Below are positions 1 to 11,795 of a stretch of DNA of 64,000 bases, one piece after another (within the stretch, counting starts at the first letter, position 1; every line of letters starts with the position of its first letter). The notes under the pieces are model-generated. The model saw only the letters and a list, made by a program, of their open reading frames with translations. It ran no database searches and was not told the origin of the DNA. The stretch is from Takakia lepidozioides (taxonomy: Eukaryota > Plantae > Bryophyta). The stretch is from contig CM060734.1 of NCBI GenBank assembly GCA_030704615.1, positions 19,344,001-19,408,000 on the forward strand. Reading direction: 5' to 3'. Made by a program: the position numbers and the translations under genes.

Positions 1-229
1 TCATGAGCAATAAGGATCAGTTGACACCTGTGAAGAATAACCCATGCACGTTTGAATGGCAGATTCCAGGTCTGCTCCCGAGTGCACAGCCTGGCACCAT
101 CCCTTCCTTGTCAGCATGCACAGGCAGAGACCATCGAACATATGGCTAGCCTCTCGAAAAACTTGCTATATGTCCAGTAGGTATATTATCACTCTCCTGA
201 ATTAAGTTGTAATTTAGGGAATTAAAAGA

Positions 230-720
230 ATGGAATGGAATGGAACTTTATAACATCCGCAGAAATGAAATGAAATGGTACTTTATAATGTCCACGGAAA
301 GCTCAAAGAGCTTATGGGACAAGAGATAGAAAGAAAACATGAAAGAGAGGGGTCCTCCACAAGCAGCCAAAGCAACCTTATAATGACCACAGGGGTCCAC
401 AAGGGCCCATAGGACAGGGTGGAGCAAATAATGGTACTTTATACCATCCACAGCAAGCTCAAAGAGCTTATGGGAGAGAAATGAAATGAAATGGTACTAT
501 ATAACATCCGCGGCAAGCTCAAAGAGCTTATGGGACCAAATGGAAAAAACAAGAGAAATGAAATGAAACAAAACCAGAGACAAAAAAAAGCCCAAAAGCA
601 ACTACTGCTCAAGGGATTGTCTAAGGGTCAAGGCCTTGTGCAGGTAAGCTGCCAAGCAATTCTGATCCTCATAGAAGAAATGAAATGAAATGAAATGAAA
701 GTAAAGTCCACCAGAGAGAA
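230..720 (-). mobile_element. Cluster of at least 4 short LINE family 1 3' ends in a GWD1 intron
   Basis: Repeated gaaatgaaatgg..tttataa..tcc.cggaaagctcaaagagcttatggga at about 262, 428 and 478, the end of the ORF at 604-672, and a further tail at 677-699. Confidence 0.85.
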
Positions 721-978
721 GTAAGGAGCCAAGTACTCTTGATCTTAATTATGAATGACTTTGCAAAGGCAATTGTATCTCCCTCTAATCCATAATATAT
801 GGCAGGAAAAAAAGAAATGATGTTTTGTCTCTGCTTCCCGAGGTTTGAAAATTGGACTGAACTTGCAACGTTAAGCAGCAAGTAAATCGATAATAATAAT
901 CCCTCAGGGACAAAGCACACAAGTCCAACTATATCCAAAATTTTCAATCAATCGCCACTTCAGATACATAGCACAGAC

Positions 979-3900
979 CTTCAAAGTTCGCAAATAAGCT
1001 GTTAGGTCGCGGATGAGACCATCCTTCTGATCAGGCCTTAGTTTGGGCTCTGACTGTATGGATCGGTCATAGCTTCTCATTCGCTCTTTTGTGACTCCAT
1101 TTTCATTCAAAGTCTTCCAGTAGGCCTCCATACTGAAGTCACTTCGAATGTGATCCAGAAGCGCCTGAATTCACATATATGGGGCTTGAATTAAGCACAT
1201 AACAGAACACAGCATGCCTTCATATGTTGAGAAAGAACCCTAACCTGCAACCAAATCATGACCTTTTCCAACCAAGAAGGTAGGAGAGTCACGCGAGGAC
1301 AAAGTAGGATACCTGGCAAATGACAACATCATCAGGGCTGGTATTGTTATGAAGCTTCTGGTGCCACTCCTCCATCATTCCACCTGCACAATCATTGTTG
1401 CGCTGCATTCCCACATTCCATTGCATGAGCTATGTATATAGAGTCCTCTCCTATTCACTGCATTTAACGAATGCACAGACTACCCCTTCACTACATAATA
1501 GTTGCCTGCACTAAAAATTAAGGTAGGGAAGAAGACCAAAATTCAAATATACATCAACAGAGGTCCCAACAGCATGGAAATGAGATGAAATGAAATGGAC
1601 AAAGCAGAAAGGCAAGCAAGCACTTTATGTCCACAGGCAGCACAATAAAGAGAGAACACGAAGGAAATTTTATCACCACAGGAGGCCGCAATGTCTCATC
1701 GGACAAATCTTTGTGATCAGCCCTCAGATACAGAGTGGTCTGCCTGAACTTATCTGAGAGGAGAAAAATAACACCTGAATAACAAGAATTTCATCACGAA
1801 TGCGCTGCCCAACATCACCCTCTCCTCCACGACCCACAGTAGTCATTATAAGGCGAATCAATTCCCGATTCTCAGGTTGGTCACGGTACATGCCCTGCAG
1901 TAAACCCGTGAGCCTATCCTGTGCAGCACTAATCTCCCTGCCAGACCATCACATTTCAACAGTAGAACTGCCTTAGTAAGACTGCTATACTAACACAAAC
2001 ATGCAAAAATGGGTGACAAATGTGCTCATACCTTTGTGCTTTCTGTAGCTTTGTGGCCAAGAGCCCCCACAACAGATGAAGCAAGAAAGGTTAGGGACAA
2101 AAGGGGAGGCAAGGGGAGAAGATTTGGGGCCATCAGCCTAACTGAAGACTCACCAGCACCAGAATTTGAACATAGGGGGGTAAGAGGTCAGGAAGCAAGC
2201 AAAACTGAAGACATTATGTCCACAGGAGACCAAAAGAGCTGGAGGGATTGTTAAGATCCTGAAAAACTCACCGTGGCTTAACATTGTAGTTCTTGTTCCA
2301 GATCAGCTGCCTGGTGGCCATGAAGCGTAGCCACACCAGAAGTCCGGCGAGTGCCAGCTCTCCCTCATTCTTGGCACGCTCTGTCAATCCCGTCGCAATA
2401 TTGTATCTGCATAGACGAGTGTTTCATCCGTTGACCGAAAGAGAATATGCACAAATTGATCATATCACGGAGAGTTATTAAACAAAACTTTTGCCTGCAG
2501 GTGTTGGATTCCATTGACGTAAAAAGGTTTTGTCAAGTACACTCGAACATGCTCATTGATCTCACATCAGTTACCAGGTAAATCACACACTGCAACAGGA
2601 ATTGGAGAAAATATATCCACCGAGAATTGAAAGGAGAGGTGCGAGAAAGGATTGGGGGGGGGGGGGAAAGCTGCAGAATGCCTGCAGAAGGAGTATTTTA
2701 AGACAAATGCGGAAACAAACAACAGCCCAAAGAGCCTAAGGAACAAGCCAAATCACCTCCTGAAGGTTATCACAGAGAATTCAGATTCACAGCAATTTTT
2801 GATAGGGGATACAAGACCCCTTCTTCTCAGACAAGAAAATAGAGAACAGGATTTAGAAGTTGGATGATAAAGATGCCACCCACCGATGCATGAGAGAGCG
2901 TTGGGCCTCACTCTCCTGATCGGCTATTTCCTCTAGCAGAGCCTTTGCTGTTCCATGGCCATCTCCGAGAGCCTGATGTTTTACAAAGATGTTATGAGAA
3001 TCAAGTTGCACTGTTTGCCTAGTGACAAACACTGCTAACAAGAGTGAAGTAACACAAAACCCTCCTCATTTTAGCCTTCAGGATAGCTAAGACGTACCTA
3101 CTTTTCCACCTACAAAAAATTCAAGTGCAAACCAGATTTTGTAGGTAGGTGGTTACGGTCAGGAAGCATCCACATGATAGTCATCACAGGACATTCCTCA
3201 AGTCTGTTTAAGCAATTATATTGGCGCCAAACACAGCCCGGTCAACCCAATTGGCCACCATGCTACTCTGCTTGCGCTCCCAATCAGAAAGATTGGTCAA
3301 AAGAAGTAATGATTACCTTAGTCACCTTCTTCTCCACTGGCTGCAATGGGACATAGTAATCAGAGCCATTGTCCTTGTACCAATTGCCCCCACTCCGCAA
3401 TACGAACGGCATGCCAATGAAGTTGTTGCCACCCACCAGTATCTCCACAGACTGATGGAATGCACAACACAAATCTTGCCATAAACAGCATGTGGCCAAT
3501 TTCTTTTGTACGTAAACTACAACATAAGGAAAGCGCAAAATGAGGAGGACAGATTTTCACATTGTAATCAAGAATGTTCGAAGTTCTCAGTATGTCTAGA
3601 TAGAAAAAGTCTGTCCTGCAACTGAAACATGGAAAAGTAAAGGGTCTTACCTGAAGAGAGGCCTGCCCAGCAAACCCTTCCTTAAAAGGGGTGTCACAGG
3701 TCGTTTCAACCAGGGTTGAGTTTGCCGGTATAGTGGCTTCAGGAGGTTGCTGCAGCACCACATTGCTCAACATTAGAGCCACCTATACATCTCAACCTGT
3801 TTCTTGACTTGTGCCATTTCTATGTGAACGTCTGCTATGGAATTAGAGATATATAGCCACCTTGTAAGGACAGCTTGACAAAGGCATATGGGAAAGCGAC

Positions 3901-6900
3901 CCAGGTATAGTAGCTCAATATCGCCACTCAAACTCCTCTACTCTTTGGATTCATGCAAAAGTGTCTGCTCGAGCAGGCGCGAGCGAACACTAGTATGGAG
4001 AGAAGTGGGCGGAACCTACCCCCCATTCTCGAGCTCTCTCCTTGGAGACTGCCCACCGTAAAACCAGTGGCTCCTTCATCCCAGTGGCCAACCGTACACA
4101 AACCTCTCCCCCTGGATTTGTCACTAGCACCTGAGATATTGCCATTTTCTCTGCATTAGCTGATGCAATGCATGCTCCTCCAGACAACCACATTCCATCC
4201 ATCCAAAATCATTTTTCACCAATGGCTACATGGGCAAAATCCCATATCGGATTACATGGACATCCTTTCAAATATATGCTTGCACACTGGAATGCATACA
4301 TAGATTCAATCAGAACATGCATTCACAAACCACACACATAGGCACAAACGTACACAGATAGGAGAGTCTACAGTTTTCCCTGGAAAGGACTCCCTAATTC
4401 AAAGGTTTCCATCAAGATAAACCAACAATTTTCACAAATTTGGGCGAGACAGAAGAAGGAATTTGAGATTCTCATTTACCAGAAGATTGTCACTTCCAAC
4501 TTTGAAGATTTTCTTCACAATGACTGCTCCATTGTCAAGGTCTTCCATCACTTGGGCACCCAGTTCCAGAGGAGTTCGTTCCCTTGGGGGAGATGGGGCC
4601 ACAGGCTTTGAAACAGCTCCAGGTGAAAATTTATTAAGTAGCTCTTCAGGATTGCGTTTTTTGCGGGAAATTCTTGCACTCGTTGTCTTCTTTTGGACAG
4701 AGCCATTGCTGCTACTACCCCCTTTGGCAAATCTCTTCCGTATATCATCCATTGATACCCCATTCTTCAATTCCAGCTGAAGGTCCTTCCGAGCTTCCTC
4801 AAACTCTGACTGATAGCACATAGAATGTGAGGTACAAGTCTCATGCAAGACAAACATCATGCTACATTGCATTCTGGCAATGACTGAGGCAGTTGGCCAT
4901 GTTGAGACCGGAGACTACTAAAAGATAGCTGCTGACATCTTTACATAAGTGGAATATGCAGAAACCCAAGACCACAAGGGAAGAACTTTTGACCAGTCTA
5001 CAAATTACCTCCAGTAGAACTTTGAAAACTAAGTGTACACATGTGTCAGCTGTACCAGTCCTAGGAGGTACCATCAAACCAAACAACACACATTAACAAG
5101 CATTGCATGCCTAATAGAAGCTCTCCAGAGACTCTGGCCTAACTTAGCCAAAGACCTGCATAACAGGAAAGGGAACATGAAACGTTACAAGTTGTTGCTC
5201 GGGTGAGAAATCAGGTTTGCCGGCTTTCTCCCAACGAATGTAGGCTTGGATACCGATCATATCTTCTGGAAGCTCCAATACAGCCCCTGAACTAGCATGA
5301 GCATGAGCATTACCACTCTGGCTAACCTCGCCCCCCAACAACCTGGCCTTGATAACTGCAATGGAAACCCTCCCAGCTACCTCTTCCTGCAGCTCTTTGC
5401 GAGCTTCCTCAAATTCAACCTGCCACCCCAAAAACGACCACCTTCATACCCATCCTTAACAAACATTTAGACCTTCAATTTCCCAGTAAATCAAGTGACT
5501 ACAACAACACAAACTTTCCGTCGAACTGAGGGTGTGACCAGGCACAGTAGCCAATATTCCCAGACTGAACAGGTCAGCCAAAGATCAAATGTACCTCCAG
5601 CCACACCGCTGCCTAAACCTTCCAAAGAGAAATGAAATGAAATGGTGCTGTCTAAACCTTCCAAAGAGAGTGATACCAAATGCTGTCCAGCAGAGCATGG
5701 CTCTCTGGATTTCTGGTGGGAAAACAGCCTATTAGCGTAAAACAATCCCTTCCAGAGTACACCCTTTCTGAAAAGTAACATATTATAAGAGGGAGGTTGT
5801 ACCTTTTCTTGCTCAGGTGAGTAGTTTTGCTTCCCCTTCCTTTCCCACCGCAGATAGGCCTGAACTGGGACAAGCTCCTCAGGAATGACAATCTGCGATA
5901 AGTCTACAGTTGACCGTGGAATGTCAATTCGGCAGTTCCCACCATTCAGCTTGAACCTGCAAACACATCACACTAATTGACACTTTCTCACAGTATACAC
6001 CACCTCACAACAAGGAAATTACAGTACCCTTGATGAAGTGGAGAAAGAAAAATTATAAACCAGCTACCCTGAGTAATGCATGGGACACAATATAATCTTG
6101 GTCATTTCCGTTGCGGTCTGTACAGTATATATCTGTACAGTGTATATCTGATGCAGAGAAGATGAGAATAAAGACTAACATCCACCAAATTTACAGAGCC
6201 GACTACCTCAACACAACCCATCAAGGGGCCAATTGTCGGTTGAAGGAACATTTGAAGGATTGAACCCACGAATCCCCTGGTTGTTCACAGGTATTGCACA
6301 AACACCAAACCACTGGGCAACCTGCTCAAGTGAGAGCTAATTACAGGCTTATAATATACCTCCATCCAGCCATTCTGGAAACAGATGCAGCCTTGCTTTT
6401 TGTTTAAGTGTACCCTTGTGCAGGCATTCAATGGTCCCAACTTACCAGTTATTGCTCTGCTCATCTACTAAAAGGAACTCAATAGCGTCAAGCTTGGAAT
6501 CCGTGATCTCAACCTTCACGAAAGCGGTGTCCCCAGACTGCACCAACCACACCACCCCTTTTGCCTCAACCACTTGAACATTGCTCGCAACGCTGTTGGT
6601 TTATCGGAGACAGCAGAAAGTCAAATACTGTAGCATAGACGATATCTTGGTTGTCAGACATCCAACTGGAAAGAGGAACTTCATTGAACTATATCCCCTC
6701 CTTAAAGGCCACTAGCTTACAATGAAAACCATCACAATAATGCACGGTTTATCATGGTGTGCTCTTTTCACATCGGGGCCACCAAATTATTCACCCAAGA
6801 CGTCCAATTAAATTATGTGTAATCAACGGCGGTTGGCTAACTGAAGTAAGAACTACATCTCAAGTGAAAGAGGTAGCTACTATTGCAAAATAATGCGGAA

Positions 6901-9900
6901 GGATACGAATACCATACTAGAAGGACTTGAACCCATTGGCTTAGTCTTGCATAGACATGGACTCAAGAGTCAAAAGAATGCACAAACCAACCTTTGCAAA
7001 TGGGGTCTGAATGGCGTTATAATTCTCCCGGCTCCCAGCAGGGCGACTGGCTGGAAGAATCCATTGGCTGCCAGAGACAATCAGCATGCTTATAGCTTGT
7101 GTAAAACCATTGCTTTCACCAGGGTCAAAAGCAGTATGCTTCACATATAACAAGAACAAGAAGCATGGATGCACGCTAGCCCTGCCTTTGTACAGTAAAT
7201 AGCAATGTATCACATTCATCCATCCTCATACTTTACTATCTACCAGTTCACCGATTTTCAGTGCAATTTTGCCAATCCCTTTCACAGAAGAGGCTGCCTA
7301 GTGTCTTCTCCAACCCATGATTTAAGGTCTAAGGACTACAACCTGCCTTTATGAAAAATCATGGCCAACAAACAGTACAATTGAATATGAGGCAGATGTC
7401 TGGAGTCCAGAGGTTCCTCCTCCTCAGGTCTCCACTCATACTTGTTTTCTGGTAGGAGAAAATCTTGAATCCCTACAGGCCCCTTTCCTTGAAGGGATGC
7501 TTCAGGCTCGATGTACACGTACAATACCACATCAGTTTTTACACACTAAATTTGTTTGCATACCTCCCTAATTCAAAGCCCTATGTAGACTCATAATCTT
7601 TTTGACACAGCTGCAATCTCTTTCCCCCACGTGGTTACCAGTCCATGCCCTCATGACCTACATGAAACTTAAAATCAGCAGGTTCAAGGACTTGTTGGTA
7701 TGCTTGGGTCTTTATCTTCTTTCATCATCACAGCTTGTAGGTTACATGCCTACTACCCCATAACCCACAAGCTGTACCGTAAAATAGGAACCACAGTTCG
7801 ATCATAGGCTCTTTTCAGGGTTCAAGTTGACCTCATTATCTTTTATCTCTTTTCAATCTCTCCCCCCATCTACCATTTTTCTGCACTGTCCATAATGGAC
7901 GACAGTGGTCGCAGTAGAAACTCTTATCTCTTCTACTGATAACTCCCATGTAATCAGTAAAGACTACCCAAACAAACATTCACATTCTCAGGTACGCGCT
8001 TTACCTTTTCCCTGGCTGCAACGCACCCCAGTGAAGAAGCAAAGAGTGGATATTGCAGTTCAACACTTGAAATTCAACGGTTGTTGGAGATCCAAGACCC
8101 GCCCCAAAGGCTTTCACCTTCATTTCAAAGATAAAGGTTTATCACTTTATTCTACAGAAAGAACAGACACAAAGCACAAGTTTCACAAGAGTCTTTGGCA
8201 ACATCGTAAAGCTCAATACATCAGTACCAAGTAACTACATGGTTTGTCTGTCCAGCAAATCATGACACTCATATCCAGATCTGAATTGTACTGGAAGTTC
8301 AAAGAAGTTCAAGCAGGAGCCACATACACTGCAAATTATTGAGAGGGCCTAACAATGAGGTTAGCAACAAGATTCTCGTGTTGGCCAGTGAACAATGTAG
8401 CCCACATCATGTGGAGTAATATTCTGCATTTTAAGCCTGAAAAACAATATCTACCACTTCCATCAACTGTAGGGAGACCAAATTTCTGCAGGTCCCAGGC
8501 ACTTGAGATTTGGGCTTTTGACTACAACCCACAGGCAGCCCTCATGCACCCCAGAAGTGTTTATCCATGTATAATGCTAGCCCTGCTTCAAACCTGCATT
8601 GTGGCTCTGCATGTGGGAAATTCTTGATGTGCACTCCAAGCATTTGGCAACAAAACCAGATTAAGAAACCCAGGTAGTGCCCCCCCCCCCCCCTTTTACA
8701 GTGGAGGGCACATACGTAGTGCATAACACAATGTAGTTCTTCAAAAGTTTCCTACCTTAACTTTCATCCCTCCATCGATGGTGAATTCCTTGGTGACCTG
8801 TTCAAAGGTATGAAGGAAAGAATAGTCAGTAAACACACCTAGCAACTCCTATCCACTTGTACAGTGGAGACAGGGCCACTGTCCAACCTGAACCAGAAAT
8901 GACTCAAAAGATTGGGGAAGTGGAGGGCAATGGAATAATGATGAAGAGGGAAGGACAAAGAGAAAGGAGACAAGCTCACACACCCGCACACACCCCCCCC
9001 CCCCCCCCCCAACAACCTCCCTCCCCTCCCACGGGCCATTCAACCCATGGCCTTTCTATCCAGGAATAAGAATCAAATTGTGCAGCCATCTTCAACTATT
9101 GCCTTGGGCGAGCTGTGGGCAGCGAATCCCAGCTAATATCATTTCCGGGAAAACTGCTGAGCAGGTCTCTGTTCACGAGCAACCGAACACAAGGGTGGGG
9201 CCAAATTGCCAGCACACGTCAAAACTCTCAGTTCCAGTGGAGAAACGCTGTAGTGTTGCGAAAAGGACAGCACATTCCTTACTCCTAGCTCGGAGACAAT
9301 GTGTGTGTGCTAAAAAATGACACTTGACAGGTACCTCTGTAAGTTACAAACAGGAGTCAGCAAGTAAACTGCAGGGCAATTGACAAGTAAAACATTCATG
9401 GTCTTTTAATCTACGTAGTGATGTGGTGGATCTGCCAATGAGGACCTCCTAGACTGATCTGCACTAAACTCCTGAGTGTGTGAGAGATATTTGTCCCGGC
9501 AATCTCTTATCCATTAAATATTGTTCATAAAATTGACTCCTTACAGAATTGTGAGGTCCACGACTGCACAGGAACCTCACAACTGTTTCAAACTCCTGCT
9601 TCTGAAACGAATTGCCAAAGGCTTACAGCAGACCTTGCAGTGCAATATAGTATGAAGCACAGTAACAAAATGCAGCAAACAATCGACTCCTGAATCCTTG
9701 CCCTGTTGTATGATACGGGTTAATAACATTCTGCATTTCATGACGCAAAGACCAACGAAACTCGTGCGACCATGTATTGAGTGAAAAGACAAAACACATG
9801 AAAGGCATTGTGATCTGCCACACAGTGCAATTTCAAGGAGCTGCGGTGAAATGTACTGACAAAACACTTGCAAAATGCGTGTTTAGTGATTTAGAAAACT

Positions 9901-10276
9901 CCATGCAATGCAAATCGGTGCAGCAGACCACATCCAGAAAGTCAGGCCCTACCTCAGCAACATCGGTTGCCGTCGCAACAATCGCCCGCGGCGTGGTAAC
10001 AGCAACCCTATTCAATCTTCGAACACTCTCAAATACGCTATGCGAAAGCAAGTGAGGGTTTCTAGGAATAAAGCTACTCTGAAACGTACTCCTGACAAAA
10101 CTAGGGTTAGAATTTGAGAGGATGGGCGCTGCAGCACAGGTGCAGAGAGGGAAATCGACCGAGGAATGGCCAGATGCTGAGGCTGGCGTTCCCGATCGAC
10201 AAATGTGGTCCACTGAATGAAGCCCTGCCCCACATGACACAGCATGAAGCTTTGACACCACTCCACAGCTCTGCAT
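979..10276 (-). CDS. GWD1: Alpha-glucan water dikinase 1 (starch phosphorylation), N-terminal part; gene continues beyond the left edge
   Basis: Hand-spliced GT-AG exons keep one frame: 10276-9953, 8797-8756, 8117-8005, 7067-6992, 6537-6446, 5956-5803, 5419-5189, 4809-4480, 4130-4020, 3749-3651, 3451-3317, 2972-2884, 2406-2272, 1937-1775, 1402-1313, 1164-979. Exon 1 looks like a Ser/Arg-rich transit peptide. CBM45-type motifs (LLLHWG, WILPASRP, GMPFVLRSGGNWYKDNGSDYY), two PEEL/D..QAY.RWE..GK repeats, VWLRFMATRQLIWNKNYNVKPREIS, GRGGEGDVGQRIRDEILVIQRNNDC.GGMMEEWHQKLHNNTSPDDVVICQAL. Confidence 0.96.
5631..5651 (-). mobile_element. Minimal LINE insertion (tail only) with 18-bp target-site duplication
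   Basis: ctaaaccttccaaagaga at 5613-5630 and 5652-5669 flanks aatgaaatgaaatggtgctgt. Confidence 0.85.
6250..6328 (-). mobile_element. Possible degenerate tRNA-derived SINE head in a GWD1 intron
   Basis: Minus strand TTGCCCAGTGG (6320-6310) and GGTTCAATCC (6266-6257). Confidence 0.3.
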
Positions 10277-10695
10277 TTTGACAGAAACTCTCTACCAAAT
10301 CCCTGTGGATGCAGACGCCCACTTCCAGGCAGTGTTACGTGTTAGTCCAGTGCTGAATCTATCTCTGAGACGAAAATGTAGTCAGCAGAGGCGGAAAACA
10401 CTCCACCACAACGCGTCAAGCTCAATTCCTCACAGAAACAACCGAAGCTGCCTCCAATTCATATCAACGGATTAAAAGTACCAATGCAGCTCAGAGTCAG
10501 CCTAATAGAAACCAAAAGCGACCAGACAACTCCCCGACTCCAAGTAAGAGGCAATCCCCCACTGCAAACAATCGAATTATGTATACAAAGAGAGAGAGAC
10601 GCGTGCATGCAGAGCTCGGATTGCAGGGCCCCGCAACACTGCGCCGAGCTAGCGAGGGGCGGTTCCCCCATTCGTACTCTCTCCAATTACATCCC

Positions 10696-11148
10696 GCCAC
10701 GTGTTTAGATTCCAATAGCCTACCAACCGTCAGCCGTCCGCTACTCAGAATCCAACGGCTGAAAGAGTCTGAACAACTCCAGGCCTTATTGTCCATCCAA
10801 AATTGCGGCCTTTGCGGCCTGCGTTCAAATCCTTCAACCTACTCCCCATTCGCTAGAATGAAGTAGTGCCCCTGTTTTTAAGTCGTGAAGGAGAGAAAAC
10901 CAAAACGTAAAGAGTCAAGAGCCATCTCTAGCCGTCCGATTTATGAAGCTCCAACGGCGCACAGGCAGCCCAAGATCCAGCAGTACGTCACACGCGCGGG
11001 ATACTGGCACGGCTTCCGACGGCCAAGTGGACGGATCAGGGCTCGCCTCAATATTCAAACGCCACGCGTCATCGTACACTCGCTGCGAGTCGTGGCCTAA
11101 CACTTGGCCCAACGAGCCCGCGTAGACCGCGTGAGGGTAGCACGTGGC
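10696..11148. promoter_or_regulatory. Cluster of G-box/ABRE and CGCG (CE3/CAMTA-type) motifs upstream of GWD1
   Basis: GCCACGTGT 10696-10704, CACGCGCG 10991-10998, GCCACGCGTC 11061-11070, CCGCGT near 11118 and 11127, CACGTGGC 11141-11148, in a GC-rich stretch 0.4-0.9 kb 5' of the GWD1 ATG. Function is inferred. Confidence 0.5.
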
Positions 11149-11258
11149 GCATTCTAACAAGAGCACCGCATGGCCGCGGCCGGGCGGGCCCCGGCCACCG
11201 TTTCGCCGGGGAATCTTGTCGGAGCAAATGGGGTCCGCGTTCTCGTGCGCCTTACCTT

Positions 11259-11323
11259 CTCTCTCTCTCTCTCTCTCTCTCGCTCGGGGCTCTTGGCATT
11301 GAAGAGAGAAGAGAAGAGAAGAG
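11259..11323. repeat. (CT)n and (GAAGA)n microsatellites
   Basis: ctctctct run at about 11259-11281 and gagaagagaagagaagaga at about 11305-11323. Confidence 0.85.
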
Positions 11324-11795
11324 AAACCATCCCGCACTGTAGATTATACAAATGTGTTGAACTCTTTTCATTCCATAGTGATAGAGGTACAGGTATAAAT
11401 CTCAACCTCCTCCAAGTAGTTGGAGGTCATGGCCTTCGGAGGCGAAGGCTACTTATTTGAAACAGGCCAGCCTACAGAGCAAAGAATTATTGTTCAAGCT
11501 AGCAAAATCATCACTATATGTTTGCTCAATTCAGCCGGGAAGCTGAAGTGAGAGAGTGAGCAAGCTAGAGAGGAATTCTGTGGTCGGAGCATCCCAATTT
11601 GAATTCACTGGCAAGCAACAGCTTATGGAAATATTCCCTCTGCACGAGCTCACCACCAGGAGCTTATCAAGAGGACGAATCTTCTATAACTTTGGATGTT
11701 AAGTATAACTTTGGACTTTTGCACACTAACAAGGCAGAGCCGTTAAGAGCTTGAGAAAGGTCCGAAGGTCCCGTGAGCAATCCCCTCAGCTGGTT

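Noticed and set aside
4480-5956. Internal duplication in GWD1 (two QAY.RWE..GK...PEQ..EFEEARK repeats)
   Set aside because: A normal feature of GWD1 proteins, not a novel duplication.
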